Both the position numbers and the translations under genes were made by a program. The notes under the pieces were generated by a model. That model did no database searches. It saw nothing but the letters and a program-made list of their open reading frames with translations, and had not been told where the DNA came from. From NCBI GenBank assembly GCA_044238605.1, contig JBIICY010000008.1:6507-70506 (forward strand): a DNA stretch of 64,000 nucleotides, written 5' to 3'. This document shows positions 51,382 through 62,036 of the stretch, piece by piece; position 1 is the first letter of the stretch, and each line of letters opens with the position of its first letter. This DNA is from Patescibacteria group bacterium. Lineage in GTDB: Bacteria > Bacteroidota > Ignavibacteria > Kapaibacteriales > Kapaibacteriaceae.

Positions 51382-54300
51382 ATGACAATTGAAGAACACA
51401 ACAGCACTCCGACCGTAGACCAGCGCAGACCAATGCGCCGGTTTGCGGTCGCGTTGCTTCGTACTGTGTTTAACATTGCAATGTGCCTGGTGATCTTGGC
51501 CGCCGGAGCGGTATTGTTCGTGCAGACCGATACCGGTCGTAGGTTTCTCACAAAACAGATTCTCAGCATTGTGAACTCCCAGATCAACGGGACCTTCACT
51601 TGCGATGATGTTCAGATTGACGTGTTCCGCGGAATCGTTATCAAGCGTCCGCATCTAACCGTCATGGGCTCCACGCTGCTTGATGCCCAAGAGCTCCGCG
51701 TTGCATATGACATTGCCGCACTGGTGGGGCACACCACGGCCGTGAATCAGTTATCACTTGTGCGTCCCACGATCAATCTGGTCCGTGGAAAAGACGGCGT
51801 ATGGAATTTCTCGCGCATCAGCTCTTCCAGCGACACAACGCCATCAAGTCCATCCAACCTTTTGCTCAGGCTTCGCGATGTGTCGATCGTGGATGGTACG
51901 ATTAACGTTCGAGACCAGACCGTATCGCGCGCCCCGATGCACGTGTTCGACCCCAGTCATCTTGCATTGCGCAATGTGCAGGTGAAGCTCTCTACGCTTC
52001 TTGATCTTGGAAAGCACGAATACGAAGTGGTGATTCACGACCTTTCGCTTCGCGACGAGCTCTCTCCGCAGTTGAACATACAGCATGCATCGTGCGCCGT
52101 TCGACTTTGGTCAGGGGGCGTGCGAATTGCCGCTCTTACACTCGAGATGCCGAATACGTCGATCGCCCTTAAGGGCGAGATGCTCGGTGTTAATCTTGAG
52201 AAGGATGGTCTATCTGCTGATGTGCTGCGCTCACATCCGCTTTGGGCGCACGTGGACGCTCGGTCGGTCTACGGACCAGACATCCGCTATGTGCTACCGT
52301 TCCTGGATGTTCGAGAGTCGTATTCGTTGGATAGCGATGTACTCTACTCCGGCGATCGCGTCTACATCAGCAACATGAACCTCCATGCAGGCAGTGCCAA
52401 ACTCAAAGGGAGTGTTGACATCACCGGTCTGGATGGAAGCTCGCCGCTATTCCTGCATGTTCTGCTTCATGATTCACATGCTAGGTATGCAGAAGTTCGG
52501 CAGAGAATGCAGTTCTTGTCGCTTCCAGACCTTGCATTTATTGGAGCGACGCATGTAAGGCATGTCGAAATGAAGGGGCATCCGTCCGACTCATTATGGT
52601 TTGCCATAAACGGACGCGACGACATGGGAGAGATTCAAGGCGAGATGACGCTGCACCTCAATACATCTCCCATGGCCTATAGCTTGTTTGCCGATGTCCG
52701 AAACGGCAACCTTGCCCGCATCGATCCATCGTTCGGCACATGCGACCTAAACGGCAGGGTAGAGATTCGCGGAAGAGGATTTACACTGGCTGAGCTGCAA
52801 GGCTCATACAGTGTAGATCTTCAGCGATCAACCATTGCCGATCGGCTGGTTCGCTCCGGAACAATTCGAATCTCAGCCGAAGAAGAAGGCATCACGAACA
52901 TCGACACACTGCGCGTTGATGTAACTCCGATATCGATAGATCCCGATGAAGCTGCCTATGATGACATGCTGCGGCAAGTGTTCGCTGTCTCCGGTACGAT
53001 CGATGCTCGCAGCAGTGAGCTGGCATACAAGCTCCAGACTGAAATGGAGGGTCTTGATTTCAGCAGGTTGTTTGAGAGCTCTTCCCTACCAACCGGTTTT
53101 TCTGGGGTTCTACAGATTGATGCAAAGGGGCTTACGCTTGACGACGTGTTGGGTACTGTGCGCGCCAGAGTGACGGAATTCTCACTCGAAGACCGCGCAC
53201 TGTTGCCATTTACGCTGGATCTTTCCAGCAGTCTTGTAAATGGAATTCGGAGCCTGAATATCACAGCCCCCTTCGCACAGATAGCCCTTACTGGTGAGTA
53301 TACACCATCGAGGTTGATCAGATCGATTTCGGAGGTAACGCCGCTAATCGCCGCAACAGCAATGAAGCGGGTGCGGCCATTCACGGAAACTAATGACGCA
53401 GTAGTTGAGTATCGTAAGCTGGATGTTGGGCCGCTTAACGTTGCGTTCGACGTAAAACTTGTCGATGCTTCGCCCTTCAATATCTTCCTGAAGCAGTCTA
53501 CATTTTCAACCCGATCATCAGTAAGAGGCAGGCTGGTAGCAGATTCAACTCGCATTGAGCTCTTTGCTGATGACGTGGCCATCACCGATTTTCTTATGCG
53601 TGCCGATTCGACGGCAATCTTTGCAGACCCATGCACAGCCAAAGCCGAGCTACGCTATAGCATACGTGATTCTGTTCCTGCAGTAGAGTTTATCGATCTC
53701 TCTGCCGAGTGTCGCCGCAAAATCGTTGTCAACGACAATACATTCTCCACTCCAAAGATCGTTGTCCGCGGAAACGACTCGGCACTCTACACGAGCGTTA
53801 GCGGCAATACAAATGGCATTGACGCCCATGTTGGGCTAACATCAATCTATCGCAATGGACAGATAACACTTCTGATCGATACAATAGCTACAACAATCAA
53901 CAAGCAAAAGAAACTTGAATGGGTTTCCCTGCATGACGCCAAGGTGCACGTGCGGAATCAAACATTCGATGTTACGGGGCTTGCACTTCGGCGAAGAGAT
54001 GGCGAGGTTGTGTCGGTTGAAGGGGTGTGTTCACTCGAACAATTCTCCAACCTCCATTTGCAGGTTACGGACTTCAACCTGCGTGATGTAAGCAGATTCG
54101 TAGATCTAGAAGAGGGACATCCGCTAACGTTTCTTGACGGTCGCATAGCAGACCTAGACATGTATGTCAACGGCTCGTGGGAGAACCCTGTTGCATCAAT
54201 GCGAATGCGCGCTGAAGATATCGAGTATAATCACGAGCTTATCGGCTCGCTCAGCGCATCCGTGCGCTATGCAAACAAAGACATCATTGGTAAGCTCAGC

Positions 54301-55998
54301 ATCGCAAACAAGCGCATCCAAAATGCACCGAACACACTCTCGATCGATGTGCGCCACCTACCGTTCGATCTTGGACTTCGAAATGTACAGCAGCGTATCG
54401 TGAACGGCGGAGTGATTGATATTGATCTCAAGGCTACTCAGCTTGCACTTGCAGCAGTAGAGCCATTTCTGCCAGCTGTAGAGCGCGTGCAGGGCGTCGC
54501 GAACGGCATGGTGACCATGCGCGGTACACTTCCCGAGAACCTTGAACTTGGCGGATCCGCAGTGTTTAAAAATGCCACGTTCCTAGCATCGCCAACCAAC
54601 ATCGTATACCGTGCAGAAGGATCGCTGCATCTTGAAGGATCAAAGCTTCATCTCGATACGATCCGTGTGCGGAACCTGGATCGAGATCGCAGAGGTGGGG
54701 CGGCTCTTGCAAACGGAGTTGTTACGTTTGATGGATTGTCTGTTTCACGTGTTGACTTTAACGTGATCTCAAAGGGCATCCTGATCATGAACAAAGGCTC
54801 GCAGGTGCGCAATCCTAAGGTCTTTGGAGATATCGTTGTTGCCAGCGGTTCTAACAAACCGATCATGTTCTATGGTCCACTCGATGCTCCAGTTCTCTCT
54901 GGCGACGTCGATGTGCTCTATGCTGATGTGATCTTCCCTCAAGATCGAGCAGGCTCGAAGGTAAAGTACTCGGCCTTTACCTACCAGCGCACAAAGGAGC
55001 GTTCTGCATCGGCACGGTCTGTGCTAGACACAACAGCTGTGCGCAGGGTGTCGGACACATCCGCAGTTGCTGATCGAATGACTGCAGCAGAAATGGTAAC
55101 CGATGTTATTAAGTCAACAACTGCATCATTCTCGGATATTCTCCGGTTTAACGTAAACATCTATCTGCGTGGCAGAACGCTAATGACGATGGTGCTTGGC
55201 TTTGCCGAAATTCTCATCGCAGATCTCGAGCCTGTAGATGTTTCAAAGCCCCTTGTCATAACCGGGAGATTCGTAGATAACTCCACGAACATGACCGGAC
55301 GTGTGCGGGTGCGAGAAGGTGCATCGACGTATAAGTTCTACAAGCCGTTTTCAACGAGTGGCACGTTAGACTTTACACAAGGCGGTCTTGGCAATCCTAC
55401 CTTGGACCTCAAAGCCGTGTATAATGGTAGGCGCATGAATGCCCAGACCAACGAACCGGAGGCCTATCAAGTGGTGATTGACATCTCCGGTACCAAACAG
55501 CGTCCAATCGCTCGGTGGTCATACTATCGTAACCAGCGTAAACAGGAAGGCGACTCTGCAAAGGTCACTGGTGATGCACTTATGATGCTGCTGCTGGGCC
55601 GCACGCAGGACGAGTTGACATCGACCGGACAGGGCAATCTCGTAAACGAAGTAAACGCCTCGCTCTCTGCTGTAGCAACGAGTGCACTTGGCGATTTGCT
55701 CAGTGGGGTAGGGGGCTTGGTGCAGTCTGTGCAGATGGACCTCGGAGCAGACATGTCCCAAACCCAGCTCACTGTATCGGGTCAGCTCTTCAGCGATGTT
55801 GTCTACCGTCTCACCGGACAAGTAAGCGACTTTGCAGGCAACAGCACCATCACCGTAACTGTTCCGTTTACGGTGTTGAATAACGCCGATGCAATGCGCT
55901 ACTTCAACCTTGATATCTCCCGGTCGGTCAACAACACTGGAAACATCACGCGTTTCCAGCGCTTATGGGAGATCAAGCTTGGTGCACGTCTGCCGTAA
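51382..55998 (+). CDS. tamB: Translocation/assembly module TamB (AsmA-like) protein
   Basis: N-terminal TM anchor, AsmA-like start (NLVRGKDGVWNF), long beta-rich body, C-terminal NPTLDL.A.Y...ISGT..P. Confidence 0.75.
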   Translation: MTIEEHNSTPTVDQRRPMRRFAVALLRTVFNIAMCLVILAAGAVLFVQTDTGRRFLTKQILSIVNSQINGTFTCDDVQIDVFRGIVIKRPHLTVMGSTLLDAQELRVAYDIAALVGHTTAVNQLSLVRPTINLVRGKDGVWNFSRISSSSDTTPSSPSNLLLRLRDVSIVDGTINVRDQTVSRAPMHVFDPSHLALRNVQVKLSTLLDLGKHEYEVVIHDLSLRDELSPQLNIQHASCAVRLWSGGVRIAALTLEMPNTSIALKGEMLGVNLEKDGLSADVLRSHPLWAHVDARSVYGPDIRYVLPFLDVRESYSLDSDVLYSGDRVYISNMNLHAGSAKLKGSVDITGLDGSSPLFLHVLLHDSHARYAEVRQRMQFLSLPDLAFIGATHVRHVEMKGHPSDSLWFAINGRDDMGEIQGEMTLHLNTSPMAYSLFADVRNGNLARIDPSFGTCDLNGRVEIRGRGFTLAELQGSYSVDLQRSTIADRLVRSGTIRISAEEEGITNIDTLRVDVTPISIDPDEAAYDDMLRQVFAVSGTIDARSSELAYKLQTEMEGLDFSRLFESSSLPTGFSGVLQIDAKGLTLDDVLGTVRARVTEFSLEDRALLPFTLDLSSSLVNGIRSLNITAPFAQIALTGEYTPSRLIRSISEVTPLIAATAMKRVRPFTETNDAVVEYRKLDVGPLNVAFDVKLVDASPFNIFLKQSTFSTRSSVRGRLVADSTRIELFADDVAITDFLMRADSTAIFADPCTAKAELRYSIRDSVPAVEFIDLSAECRRKIVVNDNTFSTPKIVVRGNDSALYTSVSGNTNGIDAHVGLTSIYRNGQITLLIDTIATTINKQKKLEWVSLHDAKVHVRNQTFDVTGLALRRRDGEVVSVEGVCSLEQFSNLHLQVTDFNLRDVSRFVDLEEGHPLTFLDGRIADLDMYVNGSWENPVASMRMRAEDIEYNHELIGSLSASVRYANKDIIGKLSIANKRIQNAPNTLSIDVRHLPFDLGLRNVQQRIVNGGVIDIDLKATQLALAAVEPFLPAVERVQGVANGMVTMRGTLPENLELGGSAVFKNATFLASPTNIVYRAEGSLHLEGSKLHLDTIRVRNLDRDRRGGAALANGVVTFDGLSVSRVDFNVISKGILIMNKGSQVRNPKVFGDIVVASGSNKPIMFYGPLDAPVLSGDVDVLYADVIFPQDRAGSKVKYSAFTYQRTKERSASARSVLDTTAVRRVSDTSAVADRMTAAEMVTDVIKSTTASFSDILRFNVNIYLRGRTLMTMVLGFAEILIADLEPVDVSKPLVITGRFVDNSTNMTGRVRVREGASTYKFYKPFSTSGTLDFTQGGLGNPTLDLKAVYNGRRMNAQTNEPEAYQVVIDISGTKQRPIARWSYYRNQRKQEGDSAKVTGDALMMLLLGRTQDELTSTGQGNLVNEVNASLSAVATSALGDLLSGVGGLVQSVQMDLGADMSQTQLTVSGQLFSDVVYRLTGQVSDFAGNSTITVTVPFTVLNNADAMRYFNLDISRSVNNTGNITRFQRLWEIKLGARLP

Positions 55999-56006
55999 CG
56001 GAACCG

Positions 56007-57158
56007 TTACAGTTCCTTGAGCAGTTCGCGAGCGATAACGATGTGCTGAATCTCAGAGGTGCCTTCGTAGATCTCCGTGATCTTCGCATCGCGCAGATAG
56101 CGTTCAACCAGATACTCACGCACATAACCGTAGCCGCCGTGAACCTGAATTGCTTCAAGAGCATTGTGCACAGCAGTTTGTGATGCAAGGAGCTTTGCCT
56201 GGGCCGCTGCCTTGATGTAGTTCTGATGCTGGTCCTTGAGATACGCTGCGCGGTAAGTAAGCATACGGGCAGCTTCGAGGCGTGTTGCCATGTCTGCCAA
56301 CTTGAGCTGAATTGCCTGAAGGTCTGCAATAGGCTTACCGAACGCCTTGCGCTGTGTTGAGTACACGATCGCAGCATCTGTTGCACCCTTGGCAATACCA
56401 AGCGCTTGCGCAGCAATACCGATACGACCACCGTTCAGAGACTCCATAGCGATCTTAAAGCCCATGCCTACGCCGCCCAAGATTTGATCATCCGGGACGA
56501 ACACGTTTGTAAGACCGATCGAGCACGTATCACTGGAGCGGATACCGAGCTTGTCTTCCTTGAGTCCAGGCTCGAAGCCGGGAGCGCTGCGCTCTACAAT
56601 GAAACATGTAATGCCCTTGTGACGCAGTTCGCGATTGGTTTGCGCCATCACGAGATACGTGCTGGCTGTTGTACCATTGGTGATCCAGTTCTTTGTTCCG
56701 TTGAGCACCCATCCGCCGTCTACTTTTTCTGCAGTTGTGTTTTGTGACGTAGCATCGGAACCTGCCTCAGGTTCACTAAGACAGAATGCGCCGTGGACCT
56801 GTCCTGTTGCTAGCGGACGCAGCCACTTCTCTTTTTGCTCGTCTGTACCGTATGACTCGAGTCCCCAGCAGACAAGCGAGTTGTTCACCGACATCACAAC
56901 ACCAACCGATGCATCAACGGCCGAGATCTCTTCCATCGCAATCACGTAGCTGAGTGCGTCCAGGCCAGAGCCGCCCCATTCAGGCGAAACCATCATTCCG
57001 AGAAATCCGAGCTCGCCGAGCTTCTTGATGATATCAGTCGGGAATTCACCAGACTTATCGCGCTCGATCGATGTTGGTGCTACTTCATCCTTCGCAAACT
57101 GGCGTGCAGTTTCGCGAATCATTTCGTGTGTTTCAGAGAATTGTAGGTTGAAGCTCAT
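56007..57158 (-). CDS. Short/branched-chain acyl-CoA dehydrogenase
   Basis: FCLSEPEAGSD, NGTKNWITNG, QVHGGYGY, EIYEGTSEIQ; TAATTTTG promoter element at 57221-57228. Confidence 0.95.
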   Translation of the reverse strand: MSFNLQFSETHEMIRETARQFAKDEVAPTSIERDKSGEFPTDIIKKLGELGFLGMMVSPEWGGSGLDALSYVIAMEEISAVDASVGVVMSVNNSLVCWGLESYGTDEQKEKWLRPLATGQVHGAFCLSEPEAGSDATSQNTTAEKVDGGWVLNGTKNWITNGTTASTYLVMAQTNRELRHKGITCFIVERSAPGFEPGLKEDKLGIRSSDTCSIGLTNVFVPDDQILGGVGMGFKIAMESLNGGRIGIAAQALGIAKGATDAAIVYSTQRKAFGKPIADLQAIQLKLADMATRLEAARMLTYRAAYLKDQHQNYIKAAAQAKLLASQTAVHNALEAIQVHGGYGYVREYLVERYLRDAKITEIYEGTSEIQHIVIARELLKEL

Positions 57159-57225
57159 AGTTCGAACTCAATGGTGGTTGAGAGAAAAAGGGCAGACACA
57201 GCCTGCCGAAAACGTGGGCGCAAAA

Positions 57226-58338
57226 TTACAAAACACAAGCACGGGAAACAGAGCCAAGTATCACACGGCCGTCTGCACCTGTAACGCTCGGAACATTTCC
57301 TGGACGTCCAGACAGTGTGAGAAAGCCTAGGTAGGCAAACGCCATGGCTTCTTTCTCCTGCCAGTGTAGATGCTCAACAAGTTTGGCAGTAGAATGGTTC
57401 TCTTCGAGCAGAGCTGCTATACGTTCCATCAGGAAGGAATTCTGCGAGCCCCCTCCGGAGACGAGTACCTGCTGGGCATTTGGTGCATATCGGGTTACGT
57501 GATCTGCAATAGACCATGCTGTAAGCTCGGTCATAGTTGTGACAACATCTTCGAGGGGGCTCGATGGGTGCGAATACTTCGTTATCAGCCGTTTTGCCTC
57601 CTGGAGGGTGAAGAGCTCACGTCCAGTAGACTTTGGCGGCTCTGCGGCGAAGTATGGCATGGTCTTCATCTCGGCCAGCATAGGCGTAATCACGCGTCCA
57701 GCGCGCGCGATTGATCCATCATGGTCATACTTCTTACCGAACGTTAGTATGGATCCTGCATCGATCCACACATTTCCCGGCCCGGTATCAAATGCAAGAA
57801 GGCTATCGAGGCTTCCGCTTGCGGGCAACAGTGTGATGTTGGCCATCCCTCCAATATTGAGAGCAATGCGGTTTTGCGTGTCGTCGGTAAGAGTTGCATG
57901 GTCAAAGACAGGAACCAGAGGAGCCCCCTGACCACCCCGTGCTACATCTGCCGAGCGAAAATCACTCACGACAGGTCTTTTCAGCAACGCGCTCAGTGCA
58001 GAGCCATTGCCGATCTGCCATGTTGAATGCGGTGGGTTGTGCCAGATTGTCTGACCATGAATTGCAATCGCTTCGGCACTACATCCGCACAACTTCTCGA
58101 GCTCTAGAACGGCGTCTGCGTATTCGCGGGCCAACATAAATGCAAGATTCGACAGATCGCCAAGAGCGCTCGAAGATTGGAGAAGCTGATGGAGCAAATC
58201 ATGGGTATCGGGAGAGAAGGGTACGCTGTGAAATGCAAGAAGGGACACCGCATCACGGTCTCCCTTCTGTTCAATGTCACATAGTGCTACGTCGATTGCA
58301 TCAAGCGACGTGCCCGTCATAACACCTGCTACACGCAT
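57226..58338 (-). CDS. anmK: Anhydro-N-acetylmuramic acid kinase
   Basis: GVMTGTSLDAID, HGQTIWH, GGQGAPLVP, NIGGMAN, DTGPGN, KEAMAFA. Confidence 0.95.
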   Translation of the reverse strand: MRVAGVMTGTSLDAIDVALCDIEQKGDRDAVSLLAFHSVPFSPDTHDLLHQLLQSSSALGDLSNLAFMLAREYADAVLELEKLCGCSAEAIAIHGQTIWHNPPHSTWQIGNGSALSALLKRPVVSDFRSADVARGGQGAPLVPVFDHATLTDDTQNRIALNIGGMANITLLPASGSLDSLLAFDTGPGNVWIDAGSILTFGKKYDHDGSIARAGRVITPMLAEMKTMPYFAAEPPKSTGRELFTLQEAKRLITKYSHPSSPLEDVVTTMTELTAWSIADHVTRYAPNAQQVLVSGGGSQNSFLMERIAALLEENHSTAKLVEHLHWQEKEAMAFAYLGFLTLSGRPGNVPSVTGADGRVILGSVSRACVL

Positions 58339-58871
58339 CAGGGCGTAACAAGCAGTTCTGATCGACGAGCCTCTCCAGAGTCTTTACCAAGGTTAATCAG
58401 CTGTGGCTTTGACTCCGAAACCTTGTCTTGAATGTACATGAGCGCCTTAATCAACGCTTCCGGACGCGGAGGGCAACCCGATACGTACGCATCTACAGGT
58501 AGAAACTGGTCAATACCTTGAACTACAGGGTACGAACGGAACATGCCACCAGTAGATGTACATACGCCCATTGCGATGCACCACTTTGGATCGGGCATTT
58601 GATCCCATACCTTCTTTACAACCCAGGCCATTTTGTACGTTACCGTACCGGCAACGATCATAAGGTCTGCCTGACGCGGCGAAAACGAAAATCGCTCAGA
58701 GCCGAAACGGGCTGAGTCTGAGCGCGGTCCGCCAAACGCCATCATCTCGATAGCGCAGCATGAAATGCCCATCGGCATTGGCCACATGGAATTCTTCTGT
58801 GCCCATGTGATAAGAGATTCGACACGTGTCGTAACGAATCCGTCGCGGGCGATCTGCTCGTTCAATCCCAT
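58338..58871 (-). CDS. nuoB: NADH-quinone oxidoreductase subunit B
   Basis: [26 protein letters not shown]. Confidence 0.96.
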   Translation of the reverse strand: MGLNEQIARDGFVTTRVESLITWAQKNSMWPMPMGISCCAIEMMAFGGPRSDSARFGSERFSFSPRQADLMIVAGTVTYKMAWVVKKVWDQMPDPKWCIAMGVCTSTGGMFRSYPVVQGIDQFLPVDAYVSGCPPRPEALIKALMYIQDKVSESKPQLINLGKDSGEARRSELLVTP

Positions 58872-59227
58872 TTAAGTGCACCTTTCTTTAGAACGTAGAG
58901 GTAACCGCTAAACAAGAGAACCATGAAAAGAATCATGGCAACAAGACCTGTGTTCCCTTGAAAATCCTTGAACGCAACTGCCCATGGATACATAAACACC
59001 ACTTCGATGTCGAAGAGGATAAACATCATCGCAACGAGGTAGAACTTTACGGTAAAACGCTCGCGGGCACTCTTGATTGGCTCCATACCAGACTCATATG
59101 TGGTGAGCTTGGAACGGGTGCTGCGTTTCGGACCGAGATTCTCTGCAAGGAAGATGTTGCTTACGCCAAAGATCAGACCGATGGCGATCATGATCATAAG
59201 CGGTATGTAGTTGACGACTGGATCCAT
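58862..59227 (-). CDS. nuoA: NADH-quinone oxidoreductase subunit A
   Basis: [36 protein letters not shown]. Confidence 0.96.
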   Translation of the reverse strand: MDPVVNYIPLMIMIAIGLIFGVSNIFLAENLGPKRSTRSKLTTYESGMEPIKSARERFTVKFYLVAMMFILFDIEVVFMYPWAVAFKDFQGNTGLVAMILFMVLLFSGYLYVLKKGALKWD

Positions 59228-59294
59228 ACTTCAGAGCTCCGTTGAATTCGGGAACAAAGATAACATTTCTCCGGCTCGGAGTAGTTTCGTGGTT

Positions 59295-59948
59295 ATGAAC
59301 AAAATTCTAACGTTCGAATGCGGTCCGGTTGCAACGAACTGCTATCTGGTAGGAAGCGACGAAACTTCGCTGGCCTTTCTAATCGATGCTCCTAAAGATT
59401 GCATTGCACCAGTTCTTGCCGCCTTGGAACTCAACGGCTGGACCTTGGTTGATATCCTGCTCACACATACACACTGGGACCACACAGCAGACTGCGCCCA
59501 CCTGCAAAGCAGAACGGGAGCACGCGTAGTTGTCCATCACGACGATATCTACCGCCTTACCGATCCCATGGCCCACACAATTTGGCCACTCCCGTTTACG
59601 ATACCTCCCGTTACCGTGTTCGAAACACTTACCGGAGAAGGCGGAACGCTGGAGATCCTTAACAGAACAGCGTCACTTGCATGGGTTCATACCCCAGGTC
59701 ATACCGAAGGGGGCGTGTGTTTCCTTGATGAACGCCAACATCGTGCGTACGTGGGAGATACCCTGTTTGCCGGCAGCATTGGACGTGCAGACTTGCCTGG
59801 TGGCGATATGGAAACTCTGTGTACTTCGATCAAACAAGAGCTGTTTTGCCTGCCGGATGAAGTGATGGTGTACCCCGGTCATGGCCCGATAACAATGATT
59901 GGCGATGAGAAGATGTTCAACCCGTTTGTTGGGCTTCATGCATCATGA
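59295..59948 (+). CDS. MBL-fold metallo-hydrolase (glyoxalase II-like)
   Basis: THTHWDH, TPGHT, GDTLF.GSIGRADL, PGHG; start ATG 59295. Confidence 0.92.
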   Translation: MNKILTFECGPVATNCYLVGSDETSLAFLIDAPKDCIAPVLAALELNGWTLVDILLTHTHWDHTADCAHLQSRTGARVVVHHDDIYRLTDPMAHTIWPLPFTIPPVTVFETLTGEGGTLEILNRTASLAWVHTPGHTEGGVCFLDERQHRAYVGDTLFAGSIGRADLPGGDMETLCTSIKQELFCLPDEVMVYPGHGPITMIGDEKMFNPFVGLHAS

Positions 59949-60481
59949 AAAACGTTTCATTCTTCCTTCATGCAGGCGACACTCAACGACATCTAGTTTC
60001 GCATGTCACATTCGTGATATGCGCGTTCATGCTCACAGCATGCTACTCGTTTCGTGGGGGGTCGGTTCCAGATCACATCGCCACAATGTCTATTGCATCG
60101 GTGATCGATCGCAGTGGCTTTGGCGACCCTACGTTTCGTGAGTTCTGTACTGAAACACTGATCCGCAGATTCCGAAGTGACAACACCGTTCAACTGGTCG
60201 AAGAAAACGGTGATGCGCGGATCTCCACGATTCTTACGAGAGTACAGGATCAAATCGCCGCTCTTCAATCGGGCGATGTAGAAGGAACTCGGCGCATCAC
60301 AGTTGCAGTAGAAGTAGAATACTTCGATGCAGTAAAAAACAAGCTGGTTTGGAAGCGCACGTTCGAAAACTCTGATGTCTACAACGTGAGCGATCCCACA
60401 GAAGGCCGAAGGGCTGCGGCTGAGCGCTCGCTCAAACGCATTGCCGATGACATTCTTCTGGCAGTTGTCTCAGACTGGTAA
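59945..60481 (+). CDS. LptE family lipoprotein
   Basis: Lipobox LTAC, CYSFRGGSVP, C-terminal W; the true start may be downstream of 59945. Confidence 0.75.
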   Translation: MKNVSFFLHAGDTQRHLVSHVTFVICAFMLTACYSFRGGSVPDHIATMSIASVIDRSGFGDPTFREFCTETLIRRFRSDNTVQLVEENGDARISTILTRVQDQIAALQSGDVEGTRRITVAVEVEYFDAVKNKLVWKRTFENSDVYNVSDPTEGRRAAAERSLKRIADDILLAVVSDW

Positions 60482-60541
60482 ACGGTGATCAATATCTGAC
60501 ATTCACGTCGGTTCGATTCACCCTTATACTGCAGTTCTTCC

Positions 60542-62026
60542 ATGGAAGACATCCTTCTTGCCGTCTATTTTTTGTCGTTGTGCGTACTATTCGCCTTCGG
60601 ACTTCATGGCCTTGTGATGATCTACTACTATCACAAGACGCAGAAGGTAACCCACCAGGAGCCGGCTGTAGCTTCAGACAACCTGCCAGTTGTTACGATC
60701 CAGCTACCGTTCTATAACGAACTGTACGTGGTAGACCGTCTCGTTGAAGCAGTTTGTGAGATCGACTATCCAAAGGACAAGCTGGAGATCCAGCTGCTGG
60801 ATGATTCAACAGATGAAACAGTGGACATCTCGCGCAGTCTGGCTGAACGGTTCCGTGCCCAAGGGTTTGATATCAAGCACATCCACCGCACTAACCGTCA
60901 GGGATACAAAGCCGGAGCCCTCAAGGAAGGTCTTGCCACGGCACGCGGTGAGTTCGTTGCCATCTTCGATGCAGACTTTATTCCGAAGTCAGACTTCCTC
61001 CGTAAAACGATACCATACTTTGTAGACAGCAAAGTAGGGATGGTGCAGACGCGCTGGGAGCACCTGAATGAAGATTACTCGTACCTCACGAAGGCGCAGG
61101 CGCTTGCACTTGACGGACACTTCGTTATCGAACAGCAGATCCGACACAAGGCTGGGTTCTTCATCAACTTTAACGGTACAGCCGGCATTTGGCGCAAGAG
61201 CACAATCGAAGATGCAGGCAACTGGCACAGCGATACGCTCGCCGAAGACCTAGACCTTTCCTACCGCGCTCAACTTCGTGGATGGCGCTTTGTGTTCCTG
61301 AACGGGGTTACATCTCCTGCAGAACTCCCGGCCGATATCAACTCGCTCAAGACGCAGCAGTTCCGCTGGACGAAGGGGGCTGTTGAAACAGCGAAGAAGC
61401 TTCTGCCGTCTGTTTGGAAGAGTGGACTCTCCCTGAAGCACAAGCTCGAGTGCACCGTACACCTCACGAGCAACATTGTGTTCCCATTCATCATGATGGT
61501 TGCGTTTCTCAACGTACCAATCGTTGTGATCAAGAATACTGCTGAATCAAACCCCAATCAGATGTTTGGTCTGATGTCATATGCAGACTTCTATAGCATC
61601 ATGTCCATCTTCGTTTTGGCAAGCATCTCAACATTCTTGTTCTACATGTATGCTCAGCGTGCCATTCACATGGATTGGCAGCGTCGGCTGCTGCTCTTCC
61701 CGGTGTTTATGGCCGGGTCTATGGGGCTTGCGGTGAACAACACACGTGCTGTTATCGAGGCTATCATCGGAAAGAAGACGGAGTTTAAGCGCACTCCAAA
61801 GTATGCCATCAAACAGACAAACGATGATTGGAAAAAGAAGCGCTATGTGCAGAAGAAGGTTAGCTGGATCGTGATTGTTGAGCTCGCTTTTGCAGCATAT
61901 TTTGTTTTTGGTATTGCGAATTCCTTCCGTTACGCTGAAATTGCAGCTATACCGTTCCAGTTGATGTTCCTGTTTGGATTCGGTACTGTTGGAGTTCTTT
62001 CACTGCGTCACGCCTTAAGCCGATAA
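60542..62026 (+). CDS. Processive GT2 glycosyltransferase (cellulose-synthase-like)
   Basis: QLPFYNE, LDDS, KAGAL, FDADF, AEDLDL, QQFRW (D,D,D,QxxRW). Confidence 0.92.
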   Translation: MEDILLAVYFLSLCVLFAFGLHGLVMIYYYHKTQKVTHQEPAVASDNLPVVTIQLPFYNELYVVDRLVEAVCEIDYPKDKLEIQLLDDSTDETVDISRSLAERFRAQGFDIKHIHRTNRQGYKAGALKEGLATARGEFVAIFDADFIPKSDFLRKTIPYFVDSKVGMVQTRWEHLNEDYSYLTKAQALALDGHFVIEQQIRHKAGFFINFNGTAGIWRKSTIEDAGNWHSDTLAEDLDLSYRAQLRGWRFVFLNGVTSPAELPADINSLKTQQFRWTKGAVETAKKLLPSVWKSGLSLKHKLECTVHLTSNIVFPFIMMVAFLNVPIVVIKNTAESNPNQMFGLMSYADFYSIMSIFVLASISTFLFYMYAQRAIHMDWQRRLLLFPVFMAGSMGLAVNNTRAVIEAIIGKKTEFKRTPKYAIKQTNDDWKKKRYVQKKVSWIVIVELAFAAYFVFGIANSFRYAEIAAIPFQLMFLFGFGTVGVLSLRHALSR

Positions 62027-62036
62027 CACACCTACT

